Shown piece by piece: positions 23,820 through 33,503 of a stretch of DNA of 64,000 nt. A program made the position numbers and the translations under genes. The DNA is taken from the NCBI GenBank assembly GCA_001799845.1, contig MGUG01000048.1:74944-138943 (forward strand). Direction: 5' to 3'. Under the pieces are notes generated by a model. The model was not told the origin of the DNA and searched no databases. It worked only from the letters and a program-made list of their open reading frames with translations. The stretch's first letter is position 1. The number at the start of each line of letters is the position of its first letter. The DNA comes from Elusimicrobia bacterium GWC2_64_44 (lineage in GTDB: Bacteria > Elusimicrobiota > Elusimicrobia > Elusimicrobiales > UBA9959).

Positions 23820-25010
23820 CTAGATGATGCCCAGCTCTTTGCCGCACTTGCGGAACTTCTCCACGGCGACCTTCAGGTTCTCGAGGGTGTGGCCGGCGGT
23901 AACTATGGTGCGCAGGCGCTCCTTGCCCTTCGGCACCGTCGGGAAGCCCAGCGGCAGCGCGAACACGCCTTCCTCGAACAGGCGCTGCGACAGCGCCTTG
24001 GCCTTGACCGGGTCGCCTATCATCACGGGGGTGATGGGGGTGACGGACTCTCCGGTGTTGAAGCCGGCCTTTTTCATCTCTTCTTTGAAGAAGTTCGTGT
24101 TGTCCCAGAGCCGCTTGAGGTAGGCCGGCTCGGTGAGCAGGATGTCCAGCACGGCCAGGCAGGAGGCCGCCACCGACGGCGGCTGCGAGCTGGAGAAAAG
24201 GAACGGCCGGGCTACCGAGCCCAGGTAGTCGCGCAGGTCCTGCGTGGTGGCGGCGTAGCCGCCGACGGCCGCGAAGGCCTTGGACAGCGTGCCGATCTGG
24301 ATCTCCACCTGGCCGTCCAGGTTGAAGTGGCTCACCGTGCCGCGCCCTTCTTTGCCTATCACGCCGGAGGCGTGCGCGTCGTCCACCATGACGAACGCCC
24401 CGTACTTGTGGGCGGTGGCTACGACCTCGTCGAGGTTGGCGATATCGCCGTCCATCGAGAAGACGCCGTCGGTGACGACCATCTTGCGGCGGGCCTTGCG
24501 GGCCTCGGGGCTTTCCAGGATCTCGGTCAGGTGCTTTATGTCCTTGTGGCGGTAGATCTTGCGTGGGGATTTAGCCAGCCGCGCGCCGTCGATGATGGAG
24601 GCGTGGTTCAGCTCGTCGGAGATCAGCAGGTCCTCCTCGGAGGACATCAGCGACTGGCAGACGGCCACGTTGGAGGTGAAGCCGGACTGGAACAGGATCG
24701 AGGCCTCGGAGTGCTTGAAGGCCGCGAACTTCTCCTCCAGCTCCGTGTGCAGCGACATCGTGCCAATGATCGTGCGCACGGCGGCTGAGCCGATGCCGTA
24801 TTTCTCTATCGCGGCTATCGCCGCGGCCTTCACCTTGGGGTTGTCGGCGAGGGCCAGGTAGTTGTTGGAGGTGAGGTTGATGACTTCCTTGCCGTCTATG
24901 ATCGAGACGGGGGCCTGGGCCGACTGCAGCACGCGGGGTTTGAGCAGGCGGTTCTCGGCCTTCAGCTTGGCGACCTCTTCGGAGGCGAATTTCAGCGTAT
25001 CGAAGGACAT
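23820..25010 (-). CDS. kbl: 2-amino-3-ketobutyrate CoA ligase (glycine C-acetyltransferase)
   Basis: Trimmed from the 761-aa fused ORF to MSFDTLKFASEEV (396 aa). It contains SNNYLALADNP, DELNHASIIDG, VDDAHASG and GTLSKAF (PLP Lys), and sits directly downstream of tdh. Confidence 0.9.
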   Translation of the reverse strand: MSFDTLKFASEEVAKLKAENRLLKPRVLQSAQAPVSIIDGKEVINLTSNNYLALADNPKVKAAAIAAIEKYGIGSAAVRTIIGTMSLHTELEEKFAAFKHSEASILFQSGFTSNVAVCQSLMSSEEDLLISDELNHASIIDGARLAKSPRKIYRHKDIKHLTEILESPEARKARRKMVVTDGVFSMDGDIANLDEVVATAHKYGAFVMVDDAHASGVIGKEGRGTVSHFNLDGQVEIQIGTLSKAFAAVGGYAATTQDLRDYLGSVARPFLFSSSQPPSVAASCLAVLDILLTEPAYLKRLWDNTNFFKEEMKKAGFNTGESVTPITPVMIGDPVKAKALSQRLFEEGVFALPLGFPTVPKGKERLRTIVTAGHTLENLKVAVEKFRKCGKELGII

Positions 25011-25024
25011 TGTGGTTCTCCTTT

Positions 25025-26059
25025 TTAAGGGGTCAGGATTATCTTGCCGCACTTCGTGTCCTTCGAGTTGATGAGGTCGAAGGCTTTCTTGAAATCCTTG
25101 AAGGCGAAGGTGTGCGTCACTGCGGGGCGCGGGTTCACCGCCCCGGACTTCAGCAGGCTCTCCATCTTGTACCAGCTGCGGAAGATCTCGCGGCCGGCCA
25201 CGCCTTCCAGGCGGATGCCGCGCTTCACGATGTCGCCGGCGTAGTCCAGGCTCAGGTCCGCCGACGGGAGGCCGAACGCCACGAAGCGCCCGCCGGGGCG
25301 CAGGGCCTTCAGGCCGAGGGCTACGGCCTTGGCGCCGCCGCTCATCTCGATCACGGCGTCGGCGCCCTCGGGGCAGAGCTTGGCGATCTTGGCCAGGCAG
25401 TCCGCGCCCGACGCCGGGTCTATGGCCGTGCAGGCGCCCATCTTTACCGCGAGCTTCCGGCGGTAGGGGGAGGGGTCCAGCGCGATGACGCGCTTGGCCC
25501 CGGCGGCCTTGGCGATGCCGGCCGCGAACAGTCCGTGCGGGGTGCAGCCGGAGACTATAAGCGAGCGGCCTACCAGGTCCTCGTTCAGCACGGCGTGCAC
25601 CGCGCTGCCGAAGGGCTGCATGATGGCGCCTACGTCCTTGAGGGAGTCGTCGGTGTGCTTCCACGCGCAGCGGGCCGGCACCACGGCGTATTCGGCGAAG
25701 CCGCCGGGCACGTCGCGGCCTATGACCTTGAGATTCTGGCAGATGTGGCGCTGGTCGTTGCGGCACTGGCCGCAGACGCCGCAGAAAATGTGGGATTCCA
25801 CGGAGACGAAGTCGCCTTTCGCGAAGCCCTTGGCCTGCGTGCCGATCTCCACCACCTCGCCGCAGAACTCCTGCCCGAAGACGAAGGGCAGGGCCGGGGC
25901 GGCGCAGTCGGGGCCGGCGGAGTTGTAGATCGCGACGTCGCCGGGACTGATAGAGGCCGCGGTAACGCGGATCAGCAGGTCGTCTTTGGAAATTTCCGGT
26001 ACGGCGGCGTCGCGGTAGCTGGCGCCGCGGGCGCAGGAAGTCTTTACTATCGCTTTCAT
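25025..26059 (-). CDS. tdh: L-threonine 3-dehydrogenase (Zn-dependent MDR family)
   Basis: 344 aa. It contains GQEFCGEVVEIG and the structural-Zn loop CGVCGQCRNDQRHIC, and is paired with kbl. Confidence 0.85.
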   Translation of the reverse strand: MKAIVKTSCARGASYRDAAVPEISKDDLLIRVTAASISPGDVAIYNSAGPDCAAPALPFVFGQEFCGEVVEIGTQAKGFAKGDFVSVESHIFCGVCGQCRNDQRHICQNLKVIGRDVPGGFAEYAVVPARCAWKHTDDSLKDVGAIMQPFGSAVHAVLNEDLVGRSLIVSGCTPHGLFAAGIAKAAGAKRVIALDPSPYRRKLAVKMGACTAIDPASGADCLAKIAKLCPEGADAVIEMSGGAKAVALGLKALRPGGRFVAFGLPSADLSLDYAGDIVKRGIRLEGVAGREIFRSWYKMESLLKSGAVNPRPAVTHTFAFKDFKKAFDLINSKDTKCGKIILTP

Positions 26060-26183
26060 CGTAGGGCTCCTTAAAAAAACTTGTCCGGCGGGCGGCGCCC
26101 GCCAATCACTATCATATAAAATAAAAGCGGCTGAAAAAATATTCTTAAAACGCGCGGTAAATTTAGTAAATTATAGGGGCAAT

Positions 26184-26582
26184 ATGCCGGAGCTCTCCAA
26201 ACCCCTGCCGCCAGAAGACAAGCTGGTGCTACTCCCGAAAAACCCGGGGACTTTTTTCGTTTTCTGGCAATTCTCGGCCGGCCGCTCCGAGGCTTTCCTG
26301 ACCGCCTCTTTCGCCCCGGAGGTCGAGCTCCGCATCGCCTACTCCGACGATAAGTCCCACGCCGCGGCGCACAAAGCGGCCTGGCAGTCCGGCCGGGCCT
26401 ACCTGCCGGTGCCGGAGCGCGGCGGCAACTGCGAGGTCGCCCTCTACGCGCTGCGCAACGGCGTGTGGGAAAAACTGCTTGAATCCAACCAGGCCGCGGC
26501 CCCGGTACGCGCCGGCGCCGAGGCGGACCGCGCTTACGCCAGCATGGAGTTCCACAAGCGGGTGCAGGGAGGGACCGTCTGA
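26184..26582 (+). CDS. DUF4912-like protein
   Basis: 132 aa. DKLVLLPKNPGTFFVFWQFS resembles the DUF4912 N-terminal pattern, and its position immediately upstream of a GH57 enzyme is typical as I recall. Confidence 0.55.
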   Translation: MPELSKPLPPEDKLVLLPKNPGTFFVFWQFSAGRSEAFLTASFAPEVELRIAYSDDKSHAAAHKAAWQSGRAYLPVPERGGNCEVALYALRNGVWEKLLESNQAAAPVRAGAEADRAYASMEFHKRVQGGTV

Positions 26583-28189
26583 TGGCCTCCCGCGGCTCCC
26601 TGATGTTCCTCCTGCACGCGCACCTGCCGTACGTGAACCACCCGCAGGATTCCTCTTTCCTCGAGGAGAGCTGGTTCTTCGAGGCCGTCGTCGAGACCTA
26701 CGTGCCGCTGATCTCGGTGCTGGAGCGCCTGGCCGGCGAGGGCATCAGGCCCGGCGTGGCCGTCTCCATTTCCCCGACGCTCGGCGCGATGCTGGAGAAC
26801 GAGGCGCTCGAGGCCAAGCTGGGCCTCTACGTCGAGTCACGCCTGGAGCTGCTGGGCCGAGAGCTGGAGCGCGCCAAGGACGACCCGGCGCTGCTGCGGA
26901 CCGTGCAGCTCTACCACGAACTATACTCCGAGGCCGCCGGGCTCCTGCACAAGTACAGCGGCGACCTGATCACCCCGCTGAAGGCCCTGCAGCACGCCGG
27001 GCAGATAGAGATCCTCACCACTTCCGCCACGCACGCCGTGCTGCCCCTGCTGGCGCGCCCCGAGGCCGTGCGCGCGCAGCTCGCCGTGGCCGCCGAAGAT
27101 TACACCGACCGGTTCAACTGCAAGCCCGCCGGCTTCTGGCTGCCCGAGTGCGCCTACGAGCCGCGCCTGAACTCTTACCTGAAGCTGTCCGGCTTCGGCT
27201 ATACCTTCGCCGAGTCGCACGCCGTGGAGTCCGCGGCCGCGCAGGCCCCCAACGGGGTTTACTCGCCCTACCGCACCTCCAACGGCCTGGGGCTGTTCGC
27301 GCGCGACGCGGCCAGCTCGCGCGAGGTCTGGAGCTCGCGCTTCGGCTATCCCGGCGACCCGGCCTACCGCGAATTCTACCGCGACCTGGGCTACGACGGG
27401 GACTACGAATACGTCCGCCCCTACCTGGGCTCCGACGGCATCCGCCGGCCGCTTGGCCTGAAATACCACCGCATCACCGACTCAGGCGCCGACCTGTCCG
27501 CCAAGCAGTATTACGACCCTGACGCCGCTCTGGCCCGCGTGGAGGCGCACGCCGCCGACTTCCTGGAACGCCGCCTCAAGCAGACCGACGACTTTTACGC
27601 CGCCCGCGGCGCGCGGCCGCTGATCGTGAGCTGCTACGATGCCGAGCTGTTCGGCCACTGGTGGTTCGAGGGCCCCGCCTTCCTGGAGGCCGTCATCCGC
27701 AAGATCAGGGTCGACCGCCTGCCGCTGCAGTTCGTAACGCCTACGGAGTATCTCAACTCCTGCCAGGAGCCGCCCGAGCTTTCGCCCGGCATGTCCTCCT
27801 GGGGCGAGAACGGCTACTTCGACCCGTGGGTGAACGAGACCAACGATTTTATCTACCCCGCCGTCTACGCCGCCACCGACAAGATGATAGAGACGGCCAA
27901 CCGCTTCCGCAACCAGGACCTGGGCAACCTCGCCCAGCGCGCGCTGAACCAAGCCGCCCGCGAGACGCTGCTGGCGCAGTCTTCGGACTGGGCCTTCCTG
28001 CTCTACATCGGCTCCCACGCCGCTTACGCCAAGGGGCGGCTGGAGGACCACGCGGCTAACGCCGTGCGCCTGCTCGGCGAGGTCATAGAAAAAAGGCTCG
28101 ACGAGGGCGCGCTCGCGGCGCTGGAGCGGCAGAACAATCTTTTCCCGCGCCTGGATTTCCGCGTCTTCGCTTCCGTCTCCAAGTTCTGA
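26582..28189 (+). CDS. GH57-family 1,4-alpha-glucan branching enzyme
   Basis: 535 aa. It contains MFLLHAHLPYVNHP, WLPECAY and AELFGHWWFEG (GH57 hallmarks). Confidence 0.85.
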   Translation: MASRGSLMFLLHAHLPYVNHPQDSSFLEESWFFEAVVETYVPLISVLERLAGEGIRPGVAVSISPTLGAMLENEALEAKLGLYVESRLELLGRELERAKDDPALLRTVQLYHELYSEAAGLLHKYSGDLITPLKALQHAGQIEILTTSATHAVLPLLARPEAVRAQLAVAAEDYTDRFNCKPAGFWLPECAYEPRLNSYLKLSGFGYTFAESHAVESAAAQAPNGVYSPYRTSNGLGLFARDAASSREVWSSRFGYPGDPAYREFYRDLGYDGDYEYVRPYLGSDGIRRPLGLKYHRITDSGADLSAKQYYDPDAALARVEAHAADFLERRLKQTDDFYAARGARPLIVSCYDAELFGHWWFEGPAFLEAVIRKIRVDRLPLQFVTPTEYLNSCQEPPELSPGMSSWGENGYFDPWVNETNDFIYPAVYAATDKMIETANRFRNQDLGNLAQRALNQAARETLLAQSSDWAFLLYIGSHAAYAKGRLEDHAANAVRLLGEVIEKRLDEGALAALERQNNLFPRLDFRVFASVSKF

Positions 28190-28200
28190 CGACGCGCGTA

Positions 28201-28236
28201 AAAGAAAGAGCCTCCCCTGCGGGAGGCTCTTTCTTT
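28201..28236. terminator. Bidirectional rho-independent terminator
   Basis: AAAGAAAGAGCCTCCC-CTGC-GGGAGGCTCTTTCTTT, a perfect 16-bp stem between convergent genes. Confidence 0.85.
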
Positions 28237-28249
28237 TTTATCGCCGCGG

Positions 28250-29452
28250 CTACTGCGCGGGGGGCGGGGTCACCGCCGGCACGGCCGCGGCTGGAGGCTG
28301 GGCCGCGGGAACGCAGGACCGCGTGCCCATGCGGGTCAGCCAGGCCGCGCCCAGGCCGGTCATGACCCCGAAGGCCAGCAGCATCATGCCGACGAGGACC
28401 AGCACGCCGCCCAGCAGCGGGACCAGCTTGCCCAGGAAGAGCAGCGCCGCTATCAGCGCCGCGCCGGCGGCCGCTTTGCCGGGGAGCCCGGCAGGGCCGG
28501 TCTTCTTTATCCCGTCGAAGAAGCGCCCCTGCACTATCACGCAGAAGGCGGTCAGGCCCAGCGCGGCCGCCGCGGCGAACAGGATCAGCGCGAAGGGCAC
28601 CAGCGGGATGCCGAGTATGGAGACCACCATCAGCAGCAGGCCGGGGAAGAGGCCCACCAGGATCAGCGCGCCTATGCCGCAGGCCCGCCAGATATCCGCG
28701 TTCATGGCCGCCTGCGCCCTCTGCACGTTGTCCGGGAAGAACACGGCGATCAGCGCTATCACCAGGACGGCCCCGGCCAGCACGGTCAGGAGTACGACGA
28801 ACCACACCAGGACCAGCCACGCCAGGGTCCGGAAGTCGTCGGCGTGGATGTTGCTCAGGCTGGTGCTCCAGGTAGTGGACACGGTCCTGAAGTTGCGGGG
28901 ATCGCCGGGTCCGGGGTGGATGCGGGCCGCCGAGCGGGCCGTGCGCAGCGCGCTCGAGAGCGTGCCCTTGAGCGCGTCGGCGCTGAAGGAGTTTACCGTA
29001 CCGCGGTGCACCGCTTTAGGCCCCTTTTCCACGCCGCCGCCCAGGGCCGAGATCTCGCCGTCCACCCGGCCTTCTCCGGAGAGCGTCACCTTGCCGCCCA
29101 CGGCGGAGACGTTGCCGTTCACCTGGCCGCTGATCTCCACCGGCCCGCCGATGCTGGACACGTCGCCGCGCACCCTGCCGGGGATGGCTACCGGGCCGCC
29201 CATGGAGACCAGGTCGCCGGTCAGCTCGCCGGAGATGGTCACCGTGCCGCCCCCCAGGGACATCGCGTCGCCGTCGAGCGTGCCTTCCACCGTGACCGAC
29301 TTGTCGGTGGCGATATCGCCGTTGAGGGTCTGGCCCTTGGCCACCATGATGTCCTCGTGTTTCACTTCTGGCTGGCGGGCCCAGGCGGTACTCCCCAGCA
29401 CCAGCAGCGACGCCAGGTAAGCGAGCGCTAATTTTTTTATATGCTTTTTCAT
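28250..29452 (-). CDS. Membrane protein with periplasmic bactofilin-like beta-helix repeats
   Basis: 400 aa with a signal peptide. It has repeated GDxxSxGGxVxIxGxV units (e.g. GDLVSMGGPVAIPGRVRGDVSSIGGPVEISGQVNGNVSAVGGKVTLSG). The C-terminal half has several hydrophobic helices. Confidence 0.6.
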   Translation of the reverse strand: MKKHIKKLALAYLASLLVLGSTAWARQPEVKHEDIMVAKGQTLNGDIATDKSVTVEGTLDGDAMSLGGGTVTISGELTGDLVSMGGPVAIPGRVRGDVSSIGGPVEISGQVNGNVSAVGGKVTLSGEGRVDGEISALGGGVEKGPKAVHRGTVNSFSADALKGTLSSALRTARSAARIHPGPGDPRNFRTVSTTWSTSLSNIHADDFRTLAWLVLVWFVVLLTVLAGAVLVIALIAVFFPDNVQRAQAAMNADIWRACGIGALILVGLFPGLLLMVVSILGIPLVPFALILFAAAAALGLTAFCVIVQGRFFDGIKKTGPAGLPGKAAAGAALIAALLFLGKLVPLLGGVLVLVGMMLLAFGVMTGLGAAWLTRMGTRSCVPAAQPPAAAVPAVTPPPAQ

Positions 29453-29462
29453 AGTTCCTCCG

Positions 29463-29927
29463 TTAGATCCTCTGCGCGGCGGTTCTGCGGCCGGCCGCTA
29501 TTCCGATGACCGCGGCGCTGATAAGCGCCGCCAGGGCTATCTCGTGCGCCGGCGGCAGGTAAGCCAGGGCGATACCGGCCAGGTCGCGGGCGAAAGCGGC
29601 TCCCGCGGCTAGTTTGCCGGCCAGCAGCGCGGCGCGCGCGCCCAGCAACCGGGCCAGTTGAGAAACCCCGCCAGGTTCAGCGGCCAGCGGCGCGTAATCC
29701 GCCGCGAGCCGCCACAGCGGGCCGGCCGAAACCAGCCCGACCAGCCCCGCCCAGGAAGCCGTCAGCCCGGCCAGGCCCTTTATGGCCCAGCCCAGGCGCT
29801 CTTTAGCCGCCGCTTCCGCTGCCACGGCCGCCATGACCCGCGCCCTGAACCCGGTCGTCGGGGTCCTGTAGGGCAGGGCCGCTATGGCCGCCGCTAATCT
29901 GTCACGCTGTCCGGTTCCCATATCCAT
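29463..29927 (-). CDS. Putative anti-sigma factor (membrane protein)
   Basis: 154 aa, Ala-rich with hydrophobic helices. It lies immediately downstream of the ECF sigma gene. The call is positional inference only. Confidence 0.4.
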   Translation of the reverse strand: MDMGTGQRDRLAAAIAALPYRTPTTGFRARVMAAVAAEAAAKERLGWAIKGLAGLTASWAGLVGLVSAGPLWRLAADYAPLAAEPGGVSQLARLLGARAALLAGKLAAGAAFARDLAGIALAYLPPAHEIALAALISAAVIGIAAGRRTAAQRI

Positions 29928-29942
29928 AATACGCGCGGCCTC

Positions 29943-30491
29943 CTAGAACGGTTGCGCCTGTTTTAACTTTGCCCTGATCAGTTCCCGGCCCCTGAAGAGG
30001 CGGGCCTTCACCGTGCCTTCCGGCACGCCCATCACACGGGCTATGTCGGCCGGGCCCAGGTCTTCCTTATATTGCAGCAGCAGGGCCTCGCTGTAGATGG
30101 CCGGCAGCGAGGCCAGCAGCGTCTCTATGCGCTCGGAGTCCAACGAGTCGGAGACGGTTTCGTCCACGGCCCGCGCGCAATCGGGCAGGTCGGGGAATTC
30201 CTCCGCGTCCAGCGAGACGGTACGGCCCCCGGCGCGCAGGGCGTCCATGCAGGCGTTGTGGGCTATGCGGAAAAGCCAGGGCGCGAAGGGCTGGACGGTA
30301 TCGTAGGAGTGGAGGGCGCCGAAAGCCTTCACGAAGGCGGCCTGGGCGGCTTCCTCGGCGGCGGCGGGGTCCTTGAGCAGGCGCAGGGCGAAGCTGTAGA
30401 GGCGGTCCTGATAGGCGTCGACGACGCCGCCAAAAGCGGCGGTGTCACCGGCCAGGCAGCGGCCCAGCAGCTCTTTTTCAGTTTCGCCCAT
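29943..30491 (-). CDS. ECF-type RNA polymerase sigma factor
   Basis: 182 aa. Region 2 is AYQDRLYSFALRLL...FAPWLFRIAHNACMD. Region 4 HTH is LGPADIARVMGVPEGTVKARLFRGR. Confidence 0.85.
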   Translation of the reverse strand: MGETEKELLGRCLAGDTAAFGGVVDAYQDRLYSFALRLLKDPAAAEEAAQAAFVKAFGALHSYDTVQPFAPWLFRIAHNACMDALRAGGRTVSLDAEEFPDLPDCARAVDETVSDSLDSERIETLLASLPAIYSEALLLQYKEDLGPADIARVMGVPEGTVKARLFRGRELIRAKLKQAQPF

Positions 30492-30527
30492 CGTTAGTAA
30501 TACGCGCCGGGCCCCGTTCTGGTTGCG

Positions 30528-31436
30528 CTACTTCTTCAAGGCCTTCCAGACCCGCTTGAAATCTTCGGGGAGGGGGGCTTCCAGCCGGGTTTCTTTCCCG
30601 GTGGAGGGATGGCTGAAGACCAGGCTGAAGGAATGCAGCAGCATGCGCGCCGCGTCGGGCCCGCCGTAGAGCTTGTCGCCTATGATGGGGTGGCCGATAT
30701 ATTCCAGGTGGATGCGGATCTGGTTGGTGCGGCCGGTCATGGGGTGGATATGCAGCAGGGCGCAGTTCTTGCCTGTCTCCTTCACCCGGTACTCGGTCAC
30801 GGCCTCGCGGCCGTATTCCCAGACCTTGATCTTCTTGAAGCCGCTGGCGCGGCCTATCGGCGCGTCTATCAGGCCCCGCCGTTTTTCGGGGATGCCGGCC
30901 ACGGCGCCGATATAGGTCTTCTCCATCAGCCGCTCGCGGAAACCTTCCTTGAGCGCTTCCTGCACCTCCGCGGTCTTGGCCAGCAGCATCAGGCCGCTGG
31001 TGTCGCGGTCCAGGCGGTGCACCAGGCCCAGGCGTTCTATGCCGCCCTTGGCCAGTTCCGGCCGCCCCGAGAAGATCATCGAGACCAGCGTGGGCTCTCC
31101 GATCAGCGTGGCGGCGGGGTTGGTCTCCCAGCCGGGGGCGTTGGGATGGACAGCCAGGCCGGCCGGTTTTTTTACCGCTATCAGCGACTTGTCCTCGAAG
31201 AGGATGATGTCCTCGAAGCCCGCGGACAGGGTCTTGGCCGGGTCCAGCGAGGCGACTTCCACCACGTCGCCGTCGTTAAGCACGAAGCCCGGCTTCTTCT
31301 TCGCCCCGTTCACTGTGGCCAGGCCGTCCTCGGCGAGCTTGCGGGCGAAGGAGCGGGAGTAGTTCTCGCCTTTCTCCGTCAGGAACACGTCCAGGCGGCA
31401 CGGTATGCCGGAATAAACCAGTTTAGTCTTTTTCAT
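30528..31436 (-). CDS. RluA/RluD-family pseudouridine synthase
   Basis: Trimmed to MKKTKLVYSG (302 aa). It has an S4-like N-terminus, HRLDRDTSGLMLLAKT and GRTNQIRIHL. Confidence 0.85.
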   Translation of the reverse strand: MKKTKLVYSGIPCRLDVFLTEKGENYSRSFARKLAEDGLATVNGAKKKPGFVLNDGDVVEVASLDPAKTLSAGFEDIILFEDKSLIAVKKPAGLAVHPNAPGWETNPAATLIGEPTLVSMIFSGRPELAKGGIERLGLVHRLDRDTSGLMLLAKTAEVQEALKEGFRERLMEKTYIGAVAGIPEKRRGLIDAPIGRASGFKKIKVWEYGREAVTEYRVKETGKNCALLHIHPMTGRTNQIRIHLEYIGHPIIGDKLYGGPDAARMLLHSFSLVFSHPSTGKETRLEAPLPEDFKRVWKALKK

Positions 31437-32221
31437 TTTTTTGCCTTTAGCGCGGCTATCGCGGCCAGCGCACCCAAGAATACCGCCGCCGAGATCAGCT
31501 GCGCCGGGGAAAGACCCAGACGCGCCGCCCCGCGGTCGTCGCCGCGCAGGAACTCGAGCGAAAAGCGGAGCAGGGCGTAGAGCGCGGCGTAGACCGCGGC
31601 GAGCGTGCCGGGCCTGAACCGGCCGGTGAGCGCGCGGGGCAGCGCCGCGTTCAGCGCCAGGAAGATCAAAAAGTCGCCGGCGGCCTCGTAGAGCTGCACC
31701 GGGTGCAGCGGCACGCCGAGGCAGAGGGGGCTGACCTCGGAGGCCGGGTCCGTGAAGGTGACGGCGAGCGCGCCCGAGGCCGCGCGGCCGTGGCAGCAGC
31801 CGGCCAGGAAGCAGCCCACGCGCCCGAAGGCGTGCCCCAGCGCCAGCGCCGGGGCCGCGAGGTCGGCGGCTTTCAGCGCGTTCAGCTTCCTGAGGCGCGC
31901 GGTCAGGAAGAAGGCCGCGCCGCCGGCCAGCAGCCCGCCGTAGAAGACGAAGCCGTACTGGAAGCTGCGCAGCAGGTAAAGAACGCGCGAGAGGAGATCG
32001 GGGCCGAAGCCGTCCCAATAGGTGACGGCGTAGAACAGCTTGGCGCCCAGCATGCCGCTGAGCACCGTGTAGAACACCAGGTCCGACAGGTCGTCCCTGC
32101 TGAAGCCGGCCGGGGCGGCCTTGCGGAAGAGATAAAGGATGCCGGCCAGGTAGCCGCAAGCCACCAGCAGGCCGTAGGCGGGCAGTTTGAAGGAACCGAG
32201 CTGGAAGATTACTGGATGCAT
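31433..32221 (-). CDS. lgt: Prolipoprotein diacylglyceryl transferase
   Basis: Trimmed to MHPVIFQLGSFKLPAYG (262 aa). It contains GRVGCFLAGCCHG and HPVQLYEA. Confidence 0.85.
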   Translation of the reverse strand: MHPVIFQLGSFKLPAYGLLVACGYLAGILYLFRKAAPAGFSRDDLSDLVFYTVLSGMLGAKLFYAVTYWDGFGPDLLSRVLYLLRSFQYGFVFYGGLLAGGAAFFLTARLRKLNALKAADLAAPALALGHAFGRVGCFLAGCCHGRAASGALAVTFTDPASEVSPLCLGVPLHPVQLYEAAGDFLIFLALNAALPRALTGRFRPGTLAAVYAALYALLRFSLEFLRGDDRGAARLGLSPAQLISAAVFLGALAAIAALKAKK

Positions 32222-32244
32222 AGGTAGACAGGACCGGGCCGCGC

Positions 32245-32880
32245 TCAGCTGTTTTTCTTTATGAAGTCCGCGGCCCGCGCGTAGCTGCGCAGCTGCTCGG
32301 CGGGCACGCCGCGCTCGCGGCACAGGCGCAGCAGGCGGCCGGCCGCGTAGACCTTGTCGGCCAGGCAAGCCGCCTTGAAATCGTTGGGGCCGTCGCCGAA
32401 GAAGACCACCCTGCGGCCGGCGCGCTGGAAACGCGCCACGCGCGAAGCTTTGAAGTCGCTGAGGTTGGTGCGGCGCAGGAAGGGATAGGTGATCCTGATG
32501 CCGCCCTTTACCACCCTGGCGCGGCCGAAAAAGGACTTTACCTTCACGCCGTGTTTTTTAAAGAAAGGGTCCGCGTAGAGGTCCACGCCGCCGCTGGCTA
32601 TCTCGAAGGGCACGCCGGAGGCTTCGCAAAAAAGGATGAACTGCCGGAAGCCCGGGCGGGTGCGGACCTCTTTGCGCACGAAGTCGGCTATGGTCTTCTC
32701 GGAGAGCGCCGCGCCGGCGAAGGCCCTCTTCATGAAGTCCTCCACCTTCACCTTCAGGGAGTAGGATTCCTCTATGGTCTTCTTGTCGGCGAAGCCGTAA
32801 TGCAGCAGCAGGTGGTCGCCCACGTCGCGCAGGGTGACGGTGCCGTCGAAATCAGAGACCGCGGCCCAGCCCTTCTTCAC
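32245..32880 (-). CDS. HAD-superfamily hydrolase
   Basis: GTG start (VKKGWAAVSDFDGTVT). It has the DxDxT motif and FFGDGPNDF. There is a GTGA overlap with the upstream gene. Confidence 0.7.
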   Translation of the reverse strand: MKKGWAAVSDFDGTVTLRDVGDHLLLHYGFADKKTIEESYSLKVKVEDFMKRAFAGAALSEKTIADFVRKEVRTRPGFRQFILFCEASGVPFEIASGGVDLYADPFFKKHGVKVKSFFGRARVVKGGIRITYPFLRRTNLSDFKASRVARFQRAGRRVVFFGDGPNDFKAACLADKVYAAGRLLRLCRERGVPAEQLRSYARAADFIKKNS

Positions 32881-33503
32881 AGCACCGCCTTGAGGAAGTC
32901 CTCGCGCCGGCCCTGCAGCGCCAGCTTGAGGTAGAGGTTGTATTCTTTCTGCACGCCTATCGTGGAGGTGTCGCCGTTGTAGGAGTGGCCGGGGTAGACC
33001 GCGGCTTCCCCGGGCAGCGCCGCCAGCCTGACGAAGCTGTCGTAGAGGGCCTCCGCGCTGGAGCCCGGCAGGTCCACGCGCCCGCACTCGCCTATAAAGA
33101 GCGTGTCCCCGGTGAAGACCGCGCCGGGAGCCGTGTAGCAGACGGAACCGGGAGTGTGGCCTGGGGTGTGCAGCACACCCAGCTTCAGCGAGCCGGCCTG
33201 CACCTGTTCGCCGTCGGCCACCGTCCTGAGGCCGGCCGGTCTGGCCTCCAGCATGAAATAGTCCGCCTCGTGGAGGTATACCGGCAGCCCGTCGCCGGAG
33301 ACGGCCGCCACGGCGTTGATGTGGTCGGGATGCCCGTGGGTGAGCAGCACGCAATGCAGTTTAAGGCCTTCGGCCTTGACTGCCGCCAGCAGCTTCTCGG
33401 GCTGCCAGGCCGGGTCCAGCACGGCGGCGTCCCTGGTCTCCTCGTCCCAGACGAGGTAGGAGAAATTGTCCATCGGGCCCAGCTTGAGCTGCTTCACCTT
33501 CAT
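32877..33503 (-). CDS. Metallo-beta-lactamase fold hydrolase (glyoxalase II-like)
   Basis: Trimmed to MKVKQLKLGPMDNFSYLV (208 aa). It contains LLTHGHPDH and HTPGHTPGS. Confidence 0.8.
   Translation of the reverse strand: MKVKQLKLGPMDNFSYLVWDEETRDAAVLDPAWQPEKLLAAVKAEGLKLHCVLLTHGHPDHINAVAAVSGDGLPVYLHEADYFMLEARPAGLRTVADGEQVQAGSLKLGVLHTPGHTPGSVCYTAPGAVFTGDTLFIGECGRVDLPGSSAEALYDSFVRLAALPGEAAVYPGHSYNGDTSTIGVQKEYNLYLKLALQGRREDFLKAVL

Noticed and set aside
25025-26059. The Zn-dependent dehydrogenase as the missing BMC alcohol dehydrogenase.
   Set aside because: It is on the opposite strand beyond a terminator, has no N-terminal targeting helix, and is paired with kbl. That is the classical threonine dehydrogenase/2-amino-3-ketobutyrate ligase arrangement.
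25011-26105. N-terminal extensions of several fused track ORFs. Examples are 23820-26105, 30528-32159, 31433-32368, 32245-33354, 32877-34310, 35181-37856, 41291-43441 and 43883-44641.
   Set aside because: The extensions are low-complexity Arg/Pro/Gly sequence running through the upstream gene in another frame. Each conserved protein begins at an internal ATG/GTG with a plausible RBS or a 4-nt overlap, so I trimmed to those starts.
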